Assembly: GCA_003151115.1 (NCBI GenBank)
Contig: PLWS01000001.1
Span: 51,438-115,437, forward strand
Direction of reading: 5' to 3'
Source of the DNA: Vulcanimicrobiota bacterium
Lineage (GTDB): Bacteria > Vulcanimicrobiota > Vulcanimicrobiia > Vulcanimicrobiales > Vulcanimicrobiaceae
DNA length: 64,000 bases
Under the pieces are notes generated by a model. The model made no database searches, had not been told where the DNA came from, and saw only the letters and a program-made list of their open reading frames with translations. The position numbers and the translations under genes are program-made. How positions within the stretch are numbered: position 1 is the first letter of the stretch; the number at the start of each line of letters is the position of its first letter. Shown here in pieces: positions 29,330-36,962 of the stretch.

Positions 29330-30049
29330 TTATGTGCAAGCGTATTGGTAAAATTCTGTTGTTCCATATCGGAATAACGGAAATTCGCTTCGCAGTTTGT
29401 TCGAGATAAGCTTGTATGACCTGTCGTCCCCGCGCTCATATTTCCGAAAGATTGCCCACGCTATATAATCGCTGACTTGCAACATGTGGTGCGAATTCGC
29501 CGGGTGAAAATGGAGAAAGTACTTGATATTCTCGTCGGCTAACACCGATTTTAGACCGGCAATAAAAGCGTCTTTCTTGCCACGAAGCTCAAAGGATGCC
29601 GCGAAGATATGCAAGGTGTCATCCCGTAGTTCGTCGGCCTTTCCTATCCTGCGCAGAATGCCGAGCGCCAAGCCGCGGAACACTAACCCGTAAAATGCTC
29701 GTCGCTCTTGTCGCTTCGGGTGCGTTTTGTTCTTTTGAACCACGACAGAGTAGGCGTTAAACTGAAGCGCCGAGATGAGATCAAAAACTTCGTCCCGCAC
29801 AGCTTGCGGGTCTTCCGTGCAGTGGAACCCCGCAAATTGGTGCGGTCGTGTTATCCGCAGAGTCGCCGGATCGCGGCGCAAGATGTCGTGTCGCAAAGCG
29901 AGCAGCGGAAGGCACCCTTGAGAGGGGTCTTCGGTCGCCACTGCCGCTAGGATGAAATACTTGGTGTCGTTGGGACCAAAATCGAATGTCCCGGACTCAT
30001 CAATGAAGATGTAGATATTGCGACCCGCCATCCCGGACGGTTCGGACAA
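29330..30049 (-). CDS. DUF3800-family protein
   Basis: 239 aa. N-terminal IYIFIDESGTFDF and C-terminal ..HHMLQVSDYIAWAIFRKYERGD match the two hallmark DUF3800 motifs (DESG, Q-x-[AS]-D). Lowest-GC gene in the window. An alternative ATG is at 30031. Confidence 0.65.
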   Translation of the reverse strand: MSEPSGMAGRNIYIFIDESGTFDFGPNDTKYFILAAVATEDPSQGCLPLLALRHDILRRDPATLRITRPHQFAGFHCTEDPQAVRDEVFDLISALQFNAYSVVVQKNKTHPKRQERRAFYGLVFRGLALGILRRIGKADELRDDTLHIFAASFELRGKKDAFIAGLKSVLADENIKYFLHFHPANSHHMLQVSDYIAWAIFRKYERGDDRSYKLISNKLRSEFPLFRYGTTEFYQYACT

Positions 30050-30122
30050 GCGGACGAGATTAGCCTGTTGCCCCTCGAATCATCACCTAATTCTATAAGT
30101 CGTACAGTACCGTTTCTCAATC

Positions 30123-30206
30123 TTTGCTTGACGGCCCCAATCGGGAGCTCTATACTAGTCCGCTTTGCGAGAAAGGCTGGAATTTTACGTACGAAAGATT
30201 GACAAA
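30123..30206 (+). repeat. Direct repeat, right copy (84 bp), carrying a TTGACG-17-TATACT promoter
   Basis: 79/84 identical to 26754-26837. -35 at 30128-30133, -10 at 30151-30156, TTGACA at 30199-30204. Confidence 0.9.
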
Positions 30207-30228
30207 GCAGAGTAGCTAGAGGCTCGGC

Positions 30229-30258
30229 TTGACGCCTCCGCCGTGCTAGACCTATACT
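30229..30258 (+). promoter_or_regulatory. Proximal rpmH promoter, TTGACG-18-TATACT
   Basis: -35 at 30229-30234, -10 at 30253-30258. Shares gcTTGACG and CTATACTAG with the two repeat-borne promoters. AGGAG RBS at 30298-30302. Confidence 0.6.
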
Positions 30259-30313
30259 AGGTGGCTGTGCCGGCGGGTGCATCCCCGGCTAGTCCCCAGG
30301 AGTACATTCCTTC

Positions 30314-30448
30314 ATGAAGCGGACCTTCCAACCGCATAACCGCCGGCGCAAACGCGTCCACGGCTTTCGCGAGCGTATGTCCACCAAGAACGGCCGCCGC
30401 GTCATCGCGGCCCGCCGCAGAAAGGGCCGCAAGCGCCTCAGCGTCTGA
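30314..30448 (+). CDS. rpmH: 50S ribosomal protein L34
   Basis: Below the ORF-track cutoff. Hand translation: [44 protein letters not shown]. The stop overlaps the rnpA ATG (TGATG). Confidence 0.97.
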   Translation: MKRTFQPHNRRRKRVHGFRERMSTKNGRRVIAARRRKGRKRLSV

Positions 30449-30768
30449 TGCGACGCTTTGCCAGCCTGCGCCGCCAAGCGGACTTCGCCCGCCTGCGCCA
30501 GCGCGGCCGGCGCATGGCTACCCCGAACTTAACCGTGTACCGCGGCGAAGGCGCCCCGCAGGGCGAACGACCACTCGTGGGCATTACCGTTTCGACCGCC
30601 GTAGGCAAAGCCGTCATCCGCAATAAAGTGAAGCGCCGCATCGCGGCCTGCATGCACGATCTCGTTCCCGCCGATCCGCAGGTCCGGATTTTGGTCGTCG
30701 CGCGGCCTTCGACAGCCGGCGCGACCTATACGGATCTTCGCTCCGAACTTGCGCGAGCGTTAGCCTAG
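30448..30768 (+). CDS. rnpA: Ribonuclease P protein component
   Basis: 106 aa, basic. ..[22 protein letters not shown].. is the RnpA RNR-type motif. Canonical position after rpmH. Confidence 0.92.
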   Translation: MRRFASLRRQADFARLRQRGRRMATPNLTVYRGEGAPQGERPLVGITVSTAVGKAVIRNKVKRRIAACMHDLVPADPQVRILVVARPSTAGATYTDLRSELARALA

Positions 30769-30983
30769 TGCGCCGTATCGCCGTCGCGGCGCTGCGCGTC
30801 TATAAGCTTGTGATTTCGCCGCTTCTCCCGCCTGCATGCCGCTTCTATCCGAGCTGTTCGGAATACGCCGCGCAGGCCATTGCAAAGCACGGCGTGATTC
30901 GCGGAGGCGCGATGGCCGCAGGCCGCGTCGCGCGCTGTCACCCGTGGCATCCCGGCGGTTTCGATCCGGTAGCGGAGCGCTAG
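30768..30983 (+). CDS. yidD: Membrane protein insertion efficiency factor YidD
   Basis: 71 aa. ..[45 protein letters not shown]. Confidence 0.93.
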   Translation: MRRIAVAALRVYKLVISPLLPPACRFYPSCSEYAAQAIAKHGVIRGGAMAAGRVARCHPWHPGGFDPVAER

Positions 30984-30986
30984 ATC

Positions 30987-31856
30987 TTGCACTTCATTCT
31001 GGCCACCAACGCGTTTCTCGATCCGATCGTCAACGGCATCATCGCCATTCTCGACGCGATCAACTCGGTCGTGCACAGCCGCGGCTGGAGCTTGGTCATC
31101 TTTGCGCTGGGCTTCAAATTGATCTCGTGGCCGCTGAACACCAAACAGTTCATGTCGATGATCAAGATGCAGAAGCTCGCGCCGCAAATGAAAGCGCTGC
31201 AAGCCAAGTACGCCAAGAGCGATCCGCAGCGCTATCAAAAAGAAACGATGGAGCTCTACAAGCGGGAAGGCGCCAATCCGCTGGCCGGCTGCTGGCCGAT
31301 GCTCGTGCAGTACCCGATCATCATCAGCGTCTATTATGCGGTCTGGTCGCACAAAGCGCTGTACGCGAACGAGCACTGGCTCTGGGTCGGCGCACCATTC
31401 ACGCGGCACGTGGCACCGCTTTTATGGAAGGCCTATCTCTTCGCGCCGAACTTGGCGGCGGCCGACATCGTGCTGCTGCTGCTCTACGCGATCTCGATGT
31501 ATTTCTATTCGCGCTACGCGACGATGCCGTCGGCCGATCCGCAGCAGGCGCAGACGCAAAAGCTGATGGCGATCTTCTCGCCGCTGATGCTCGGATTCTT
31601 GGGGCTGCGCTACAACTGGCCCTCGGCGATGGTGCTCTACTGGTTCTCCTATAACTTGTTCACGATGGGCCAACAATTTTATCTGCTCGGCAAGTACCAC
31701 CAGCCGCTCTCCGCGCTGGACGATTTTCATGCGATCACCGACTTGCCGGATGACGCGAAGACCAAAGCGCTGCCCAACCCCAATGGGGAAGTCAGCGGCC
31801 AGCAGCGGGGCGGTGCGCGCAGAAATAAAAAGAAAAAGAGAGGCGCAAGAAGGTAG
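30987..31856 (+). CDS. yidC: YidC/Oxa1-family membrane insertase, short form without a large periplasmic domain
   Basis: 289 aa, TTG start. ..WSLVIFALGFKLISWPLNTKQFMSMIKMQKLAPQMKALQAKYAKSDPQRYQKETMELYKREGANPLAGCWPMLVQYPI.. Basic C-terminal tail. Confidence 0.92.
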   Translation: MHFILATNAFLDPIVNGIIAILDAINSVVHSRGWSLVIFALGFKLISWPLNTKQFMSMIKMQKLAPQMKALQAKYAKSDPQRYQKETMELYKREGANPLAGCWPMLVQYPIIISVYYAVWSHKALYANEHWLWVGAPFTRHVAPLLWKAYLFAPNLAAADIVLLLLYAISMYFYSRYATMPSADPQQAQTQKLMAIFSPLMLGFLGLRYNWPSAMVLYWFSYNLFTMGQQFYLLGKYHQPLSALDDFHAITDLPDDAKTKALPNPNGEVSGQQRGGARRNKKKKRGARR

Positions 31857-31858
31857 CT

Positions 31859-32485
31859 ATGTTTGAAGACGACATCGAGCCCGAAGATCAGCAGCCCGCC
31901 GAGATTCGCGACCGCGACATTCCCGGATCGGGAACGCGCGTGCGGCGCGGCGGCGCCGGACGCCGTCCTCCCAGCGACGGCACGCGGCGCAGTGCGCCTG
32001 CGGCGCCCCGCCGTGGGCCGAAGACCGCGATGCCCGAGGCGGCCAAACCTGCGCGCGACTTGCTCGTAGAAATCTTAGGAAAGATGGGCGTGCCGCACGC
32101 CGAGATCGAGTATCTCTCGCGGCCCGAGGGCGAGTACTTCGAAGTGACCGGCCCGGATTTGGCGATGCTGATCGGCCGTCATGGAAACACGCTCGAGTCG
32201 CTCAACCTCGTCTTCAACAATATTCTGAACGCGGGCGTGAAGACGGGCCGCAAGTATTACACGATCGATGCTGAGGGCTATCGCGCGCGCCGCGCCGATC
32301 AACTCAAGAACCTCGCGCTGATGACGCTCGAACGCTGCGTTCGCGAGAAGACGCCGCAAAAGCTCGAACCGATGCTTCCGTCGGAGCGAAAGATCGTGCA
32401 CATTGCGCTGGCTGAAAACGCGATGGTGCGCACCGAATCCGAAGGCGTCGAACCCGAGCGCCGCGTCGTGGTATTTCCCAAGTAA
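31859..32485 (+). CDS. jag: Jag/KhpB RNA-binding protein (KH plus R3H)
   Basis: 208 aa. Disordered R/P-rich N-terminus, then ..LIGRHGNTLESLNLV.. (KH GxxG) and ..EPMLPSERKIVHIALAE.. (R3H). Position after yidC. Confidence 0.88.
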   Translation: MFEDDIEPEDQQPAEIRDRDIPGSGTRVRRGGAGRRPPSDGTRRSAPAAPRRGPKTAMPEAAKPARDLLVEILGKMGVPHAEIEYLSRPEGEYFEVTGPDLAMLIGRHGNTLESLNLVFNNILNAGVKTGRKYYTIDAEGYRARRADQLKNLALMTLERCVREKTPQKLEPMLPSERKIVHIALAENAMVRTESEGVEPERRVVVFPK

Positions 32486-32496
32486 ACTCCGAGACG

Positions 32497-33828
32497 ATTT
32501 GTGCGATCGCTACGCCGGCCGGCGCGGGTGCGATTGCGATCGTGCGCGTCAGCGGCCCGGAGACCCGCTCGCTTGCAGCGCGACTGTTTCATTCAACTCA
32601 CGCGTTGGAGCCGAAGATTGCAACCTACGGTACGGTCGTCGACGAAAACGGCGCGACGCTCGATCGCGGCATAGCGATTCTTTCGATCGCGCCGCACAGC
32701 TACACCGGCGAAGACACGCTCGAATTACAGATCCACGGTTCGCCGATCGTGGCGCGCGAAGTCGTGCGCGCGCTGCTGGCCTGCGGTGCGCGCTATGCCA
32801 ATGCCGGTGAGTTCAGCCGGCGCGCGCTCCTCAACGGAAAGATGGACGTGCACGAAGCGTCCGCGGTCGCCGATCTGATTGCGGCTGAGTCGCGATCGGC
32901 CGCGCGGGCGGCGGCAGCAAATCTCGGCGGCGGCCTTGCGCGCGAAGTGCAAACGCTGCGCTCGCGCCTTTCAACGATCCTCGAAGAACTGGCGGCCGCG
33001 ATCGATTTTCCTGACGAAGTTCGCGATCCGGATCGGGCGCAGCTCGAAGCTTCGCTGGAAACGATCGCTGCGGAACTGCAGCGCTTGCAGCGCGAGGGCG
33101 AGGCCGGAAGGCTGATTCGCGAAGGCGTCGGCGTTGCGATCGTCGGCCCGCCAAACGCCGGCAAGTCTTCGTTGCTCAATGCGCTGCTCGGCGAGGACCG
33201 CGCGATCGTCTCGGAGATTCCGGGCACGACGCGCGACACGATTGAGGAGACGATTGCGGTCGACGGCGTACCCGTGCGCCTGATCGACACGGCCGGCATC
33301 CGCGCGCACTCCGATCGGCTCGAAAGCGCGGGAATCGAACGGACGCGCCGCGCGCTTTCCGAAGCGCGCGCGGCGATCGTGGTCTTGGACGGCTCGCAAC
33401 CGCTCAGCCCGGAAGCGCGTGAAGTGCTCGCGTTGACGGACGACCGGTCGCGCGTAATCTTCTGTAACAAAAGCGATTTGGGCGATGCGGGTGCGCGCGA
33501 GCTCGGCGAACGCGCCGAAGTCTGCGGCTCGGTTTTTGATTCCGCGACGCTCGCGGCGCTGCGGGCCGCACTTGCGCGCGCGGCGTGGGGAGGCAAGCTG
33601 CCGGATCTGGAGCGGCCGCACCTGGCGGCGCTGTTCGAACTCGAGGCGGTCGCTCGGGCGCTCGAAGCGCTCAGCCGCGCGCGCGAAACCCTGCGGCGCG
33701 GCGAGCCGCCGGACTTGATCGCGGGCGAACTTCAGCGTGCCTATGCTGCGCTCGGCCACCTCACCGGCGAGGCGGCCGGCGAGGAGCTGCTCACCAAAAT
33801 CTTTGCGCGGTTCTGCATCGGGAAATAG
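32497..33828 (+). CDS. mnmE: tRNA modification GTPase MnmE (start proposed at a non-canonical ATT)
   Basis: ORF track starts at GTG 32542, but in-frame upstream codons encode E-T-I-C-A-I-A-T-P-A-G-A-G-A-I-A-I-V-RVSG, the conserved MnmE N-terminus. No ATG/GTG/TTG occurs between the frame's stop (32413-32415) and 32542. G-domain GPPNAGKSSLLNAL. C-terminal ..FCIGK. Confidence 0.9.
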   Translation: MCAIATPAGAGAIAIVRVSGPETRSLAARLFHSTHALEPKIATYGTVVDENGATLDRGIAILSIAPHSYTGEDTLELQIHGSPIVAREVVRALLACGARYANAGEFSRRALLNGKMDVHEASAVADLIAAESRSAARAAAANLGGGLAREVQTLRSRLSTILEELAAAIDFPDEVRDPDRAQLEASLETIAAELQRLQREGEAGRLIREGVGVAIVGPPNAGKSSLLNALLGEDRAIVSEIPGTTRDTIEETIAVDGVPVRLIDTAGIRAHSDRLESAGIERTRRALSEARAAIVVLDGSQPLSPEAREVLALTDDRSRVIFCNKSDLGDAGARELGERAEVCGSVFDSATLAALRAALARAAWGGKLPDLERPHLAALFELEAVARALEALSRARETLRRGEPPDLIAGELQRAYAALGHLTGEAAGEELLTKIFARFCIGK

Positions 33829-33855
33829 CGGCAGGGCGGCGAACGTTCAGTCACT

Positions 33856-34413
33856 ATGCTTGACGTACTTTGTCGTAACTGGTGGACATTTGCAATCCGC
33901 GGCGCTGCGGCGGTGATCTTCGGAATTCTGGCGCTTGCGATGCCCGGTATCGCGCTCTATGTGCTGGTGATACTCTTCGGCGCTTACTGCATGGTGGACG
34001 GCATATTTGCGCTGATCGGCGCGGTGCGCGAAGCCGAGGCGCATAACCGCTGGGCGCACCTGCTCTTCGTCGGGATCTTCGGGATACTCGTCGGCGCGAT
34101 CACGTTCTTCTTCTGGCAAATAACGGCGTTTGCGCTGCTCTATCTGATCGCGGCTTGGGCTATCGTCACCGGCATTCTCGAGCTGGTCGGCGCCTTCGAA
34201 CTGCGCCGGCATCTGCCGGGCGATCTGTGGTGGGTGCTCGCCGGTTTGGTCTCGATCGCGTTCGGCGTGCTGCTGATAGTTCGCCCGCTGGGCGGCGCGC
34301 TCGCGGTCGTGTGGATCATCGGGTTTTACGCCATCATCTTCGGCGGCTTCCTGATCGGGCTGGCCTTCCGTTTGCGCAGCCTGAAAGGCGCTTCAACGGC
34401 GGCGACGGGCTAA
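33856..34413 (+). CDS. HdeD/DUF308-family membrane protein
   Basis: 185 aa with six hydrophobic segments. ..WWTFAIRGAAAVIFGILAL.., ..IVTGILELVGAFELR.. are typical DUF308 repeats. Confidence 0.75.
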   Translation: MLDVLCRNWWTFAIRGAAAVIFGILALAMPGIALYVLVILFGAYCMVDGIFALIGAVREAEAHNRWAHLLFVGIFGILVGAITFFFWQITAFALLYLIAAWAIVTGILELVGAFELRRHLPGDLWWVLAGLVSIAFGVLLIVRPLGGALAVVWIIGFYAIIFGGFLIGLAFRLRSLKGASTAATG

Positions 34414-34452
34414 CCGGAACCCGCGAACCGTCTGCTACAATAGCGGGCGGTT

Positions 34453-36300
34453 ATGGAAGCGCGAATTCATTTGGACGACGCCGGCGTCATCGTCGTCGGC
34501 GGCGGTCATGCGGGCGTCGAAGCAGCGCTGGCTTCGGCGCGGCTGGGCGTGCCGACGCTTCTGCTGACGGGCGATCCGGACCGCATCTGCACGCTTCCGT
34601 GTAATCCGTCGATCGGCGGCAGCGCCAAGGGTCAACTCGTGCGCGAAATCGACGCGCTCGGCGGCGAGATGGCGCGCATCATCGACAAGTGCTCGCTGCA
34701 CTCCCGTTTTTTGAACGAGTCCAAGGGCCCGGCGGTGCGCGCGCTGCGCGCGCAGGCCGATAAGCCTGCGTACGCGCGTCTTGCAATCGAAGTCTTACGC
34801 GCGCAGCCGAATCTGCGCATCGAGCGAGCGATGGTGGAATCGTTGATCGTGAACGCGGGCGAGATCCGCGGCGTTACATGCGCGGACGGATCGCAGTATT
34901 ACGCGCGCCGCGTTGTTTTGGCGACCGGAACGTTTTTGGGCGGCAAATCTTTTCGCGGCGACGTCGTACAATCCGAAGGGCGCTTCGGGGAACCGCCGGC
35001 GATCGGTCTGGCGCAATCGCTGCGCGACGCCGGTTTCCCCACGCAGCGGCTGAAGACCGGAACGCCGCCGCGTTTGGACCGCGCGACCGTCAATACCCTT
35101 GCGATGAAGGTGCAGCCCGCGAGCCCGGTTCCATTGATGTTTTCCTACGACAGCGAACCGCGCTTTGCCGGCCCGCAGCTGCCGTGCTACATCACCGAAA
35201 CCAACGAACGCACGCACCGGCTCGTTCGCGACAATCTGCATAAGTCGCCGCTGTATGGGCTCGATCTCATCAAAGGGATCGGTCCGCGCTATTGCCCATC
35301 GATCGAAGACAAGGTTGTGAAGTTCGCGCACAATCCGACGCATCAGATCTTTATCGAACCCGAAGGTTGGGACGAACCGACGTGGTACGTCGGCGGTTTT
35401 TCCACATCGCTCCCGGCGGACGTACAGCTTGAGATGTTGCGCACACTGCCTGGTTTGGAAGAATGCGAGATGTTGCGCGCCGGTTACGCCGTCGAATACG
35501 ACATGGTTCCGCCGACCGAGCTCTCCGAGACGCTCGAAACGCGGCGCATACGCGGGCTTTATCACTGCGGGCAGCTCAACGGCACGTCGGGCTACGAGGA
35601 AGCCGCCGCACAAGGAATGATCGCGGGAATCAACGCCGCGCGAGCAGCGCTGGGGCGCGAAGCGCTGCGTTTGAGCCGCAGTCAGGCGTTTATCGGCGTG
35701 CTGATCGACGATCTCGTGAACAAAGGCGTCGACGAACCGTACCGGATGCTCACCTCGCGAGCCGAACACCGCATTCTGCTGCGACACGACAACGCCGACC
35801 GCCGGCTGACACCGGTCGGCCGCGGCCTCGGCCTGGTCGGCGATGGGGCATGGGCGCGCTACGAGGCGCGTTGTTCGGATCTCGAACGCGCGCGCCGCTT
35901 CGTAGACTCCACGCGTATCGGCGTATCGGTCAAGGGTGTCGGACCCGGTTCGACGCTCGCACATGCGCTACGGCGTCCGGAAATCGAGTTTGCCGACATC
36001 GCGGAGCAGGTACAGAATGTTGAGCCCTCCGTCGGCGAGCGTGTGGCAATTGAAGTGAAGATCGAAGGCTACGTACGCCGCGAGGAGCTCGCGATCGAGA
36101 AGGCGGCCAAGAGTGAAGCTGCGGCGCTGCCGGCGGCACTCGATTACGCCGGCCTGCGTGCGCTGTCGCGCGAGGCGCGGGAGAAGCTCGCCACGAGGCG
36201 CCCGGCGACGCTTGGAGCGGCCTCACGCATCCCCGGCGTCACTCCGGCGGACATCGCCATCCTCACGCTCTACGCAGGCGTTGAAGCCCAACCCGCGTGA
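34453..36300 (+). CDS. mnmG: tRNA uridine 5-carboxymethylaminomethyl modification enzyme MnmG (GidA)
   Basis: 615 aa. ..[21 protein letters not shown].., ..[20 protein letters not shown].., ..[12 protein letters not shown]... Confidence 0.96.
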   Translation: MEARIHLDDAGVIVVGGGHAGVEAALASARLGVPTLLLTGDPDRICTLPCNPSIGGSAKGQLVREIDALGGEMARIIDKCSLHSRFLNESKGPAVRALRAQADKPAYARLAIEVLRAQPNLRIERAMVESLIVNAGEIRGVTCADGSQYYARRVVLATGTFLGGKSFRGDVVQSEGRFGEPPAIGLAQSLRDAGFPTQRLKTGTPPRLDRATVNTLAMKVQPASPVPLMFSYDSEPRFAGPQLPCYITETNERTHRLVRDNLHKSPLYGLDLIKGIGPRYCPSIEDKVVKFAHNPTHQIFIEPEGWDEPTWYVGGFSTSLPADVQLEMLRTLPGLEECEMLRAGYAVEYDMVPPTELSETLETRRIRGLYHCGQLNGTSGYEEAAAQGMIAGINAARAALGREALRLSRSQAFIGVLIDDLVNKGVDEPYRMLTSRAEHRILLRHDNADRRLTPVGRGLGLVGDGAWARYEARCSDLERARRFVDSTRIGVSVKGVGPGSTLAHALRRPEIEFADIAEQVQNVEPSVGERVAIEVKIEGYVRREELAIEKAAKSEAAALPAALDYAGLRALSREAREKLATRRPATLGAASRIPGVTPADIAILTLYAGVEAQPA

Positions 36301-36929
36301 GTGCGGAGGAAGAGCTGCTCGCCCTCTACACCCGGCTCGTACTCGAAGCCAACGCGAAATTCAATCTGACCGGCGCCCAGAACGAGGCCGAGTTCGCATC
36401 GCATATCGCGGATAGCCTGACCGTTGTGCCGTACATTCGGGGTCCTTACATCGACGTCGGCAGCGGCGCGGGGCTTCCAGGGATCCCTGTCGCGCTAGCG
36501 AGCGGAGTCGAAACGACGTTGCTCGAGGCCACCCAAAAAAAGGCCAAATTCCTGACCGAGGCACTCGAGGCGCTGGGCCTCAGCGCACGCGTCATCGCCG
36601 CTCGAGCTGAGGATGCGGGGCGCGACCCGCAATGGCGGGAGCAGTTCCAAAGCGCCACGATCCGCGCAGTCGCCTCGGCGCCGGCCGCGCTAGAATTGGT
36701 CGCACCGTTCCTGGCCGCCGGCGGGCTGGCGATTCTGCAGCGCGGCGCCCCGGAAGATGGAGAGGGCGAGGCTCTCCCCGCGGCTGCCACCGAGCTGGCG
36801 TGCGCCGTTGAAGGCGAGGTCCGAATCGATGCGGACCGTCGCTTGGTCTTGATCCGGAAGACGGGCCCTACGCCTGACCGCTTTCCCCGCCGGGCCGGCA
36901 TCGCCCAAAAGCGACCCCTCGGCGGCTAA
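36297..36929 (+). CDS. rsmG: 16S rRNA (guanine527-N7)-methyltransferase RsmG (GidB)
   Basis: 210 aa. ..[41 protein letters not shown].. GTGA overlap with the mnmG stop. Confidence 0.9.
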   Translation: MSAEEELLALYTRLVLEANAKFNLTGAQNEAEFASHIADSLTVVPYIRGPYIDVGSGAGLPGIPVALASGVETTLLEATQKKAKFLTEALEALGLSARVIAARAEDAGRDPQWREQFQSATIRAVASAPAALELVAPFLAAGGLAILQRGAPEDGEGEALPAAATELACAVEGEVRIDADRRLVLIRKTGPTPDRFPRRAGIAQKRPLGG

Positions 36930-36962
36930 AGGTCCCGGCGGAAATGTTCTACGGGGAACATC

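Larger units (their letters stand above)
26838..30122. mobile_element. Lower-GC inserted island between oriC/dnaA and rpmH, of unknown mobility type
   Basis: Bracketed by the 84-bp direct repeats. Hand G+C counts: 23/60 at 29341-29400, 29/60 at 29701-29760, 30/60 at 28621-28680 and 34/60 at 27301-27360, against 43/60 in dnaA (25201-25260). Carries phage-like and transposase genes. It interrupts the usually tight dnaA-rpmH junction. Confidence 0.7.

Noticed and set aside
28265-29330. Search for terminal inverted repeats and target-site duplication delimiting a complete IS1-family element around the transposase gene
   Set aside because: I could not find matching inverted termini in the roughly 75 bp upstream or 125 bp downstream by eye. 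I therefore do not call a complete IS, only the transposase CDS. A computational inverted-repeat search could overturn this.
24806-30313. Possible tRNA, rRNA or other structured RNA genes in the long non-coding stretches around the origin and island, and in the other intergenic regions
   Set aside because: No T-loop (GGTTCGAATCC-like) or anticodon-arm pattern, and no rRNA-like sequence, was recognisable by eye. A covariance-model scan would be the decisive check.
36945-36962. Palindrome ATGTTC-tacggg-GAACAT between rsmG and cca
   Set aside because: Short 6-bp arms immediately before the cca start. It could be a weak attenuator or operator, but nothing else supports a function.
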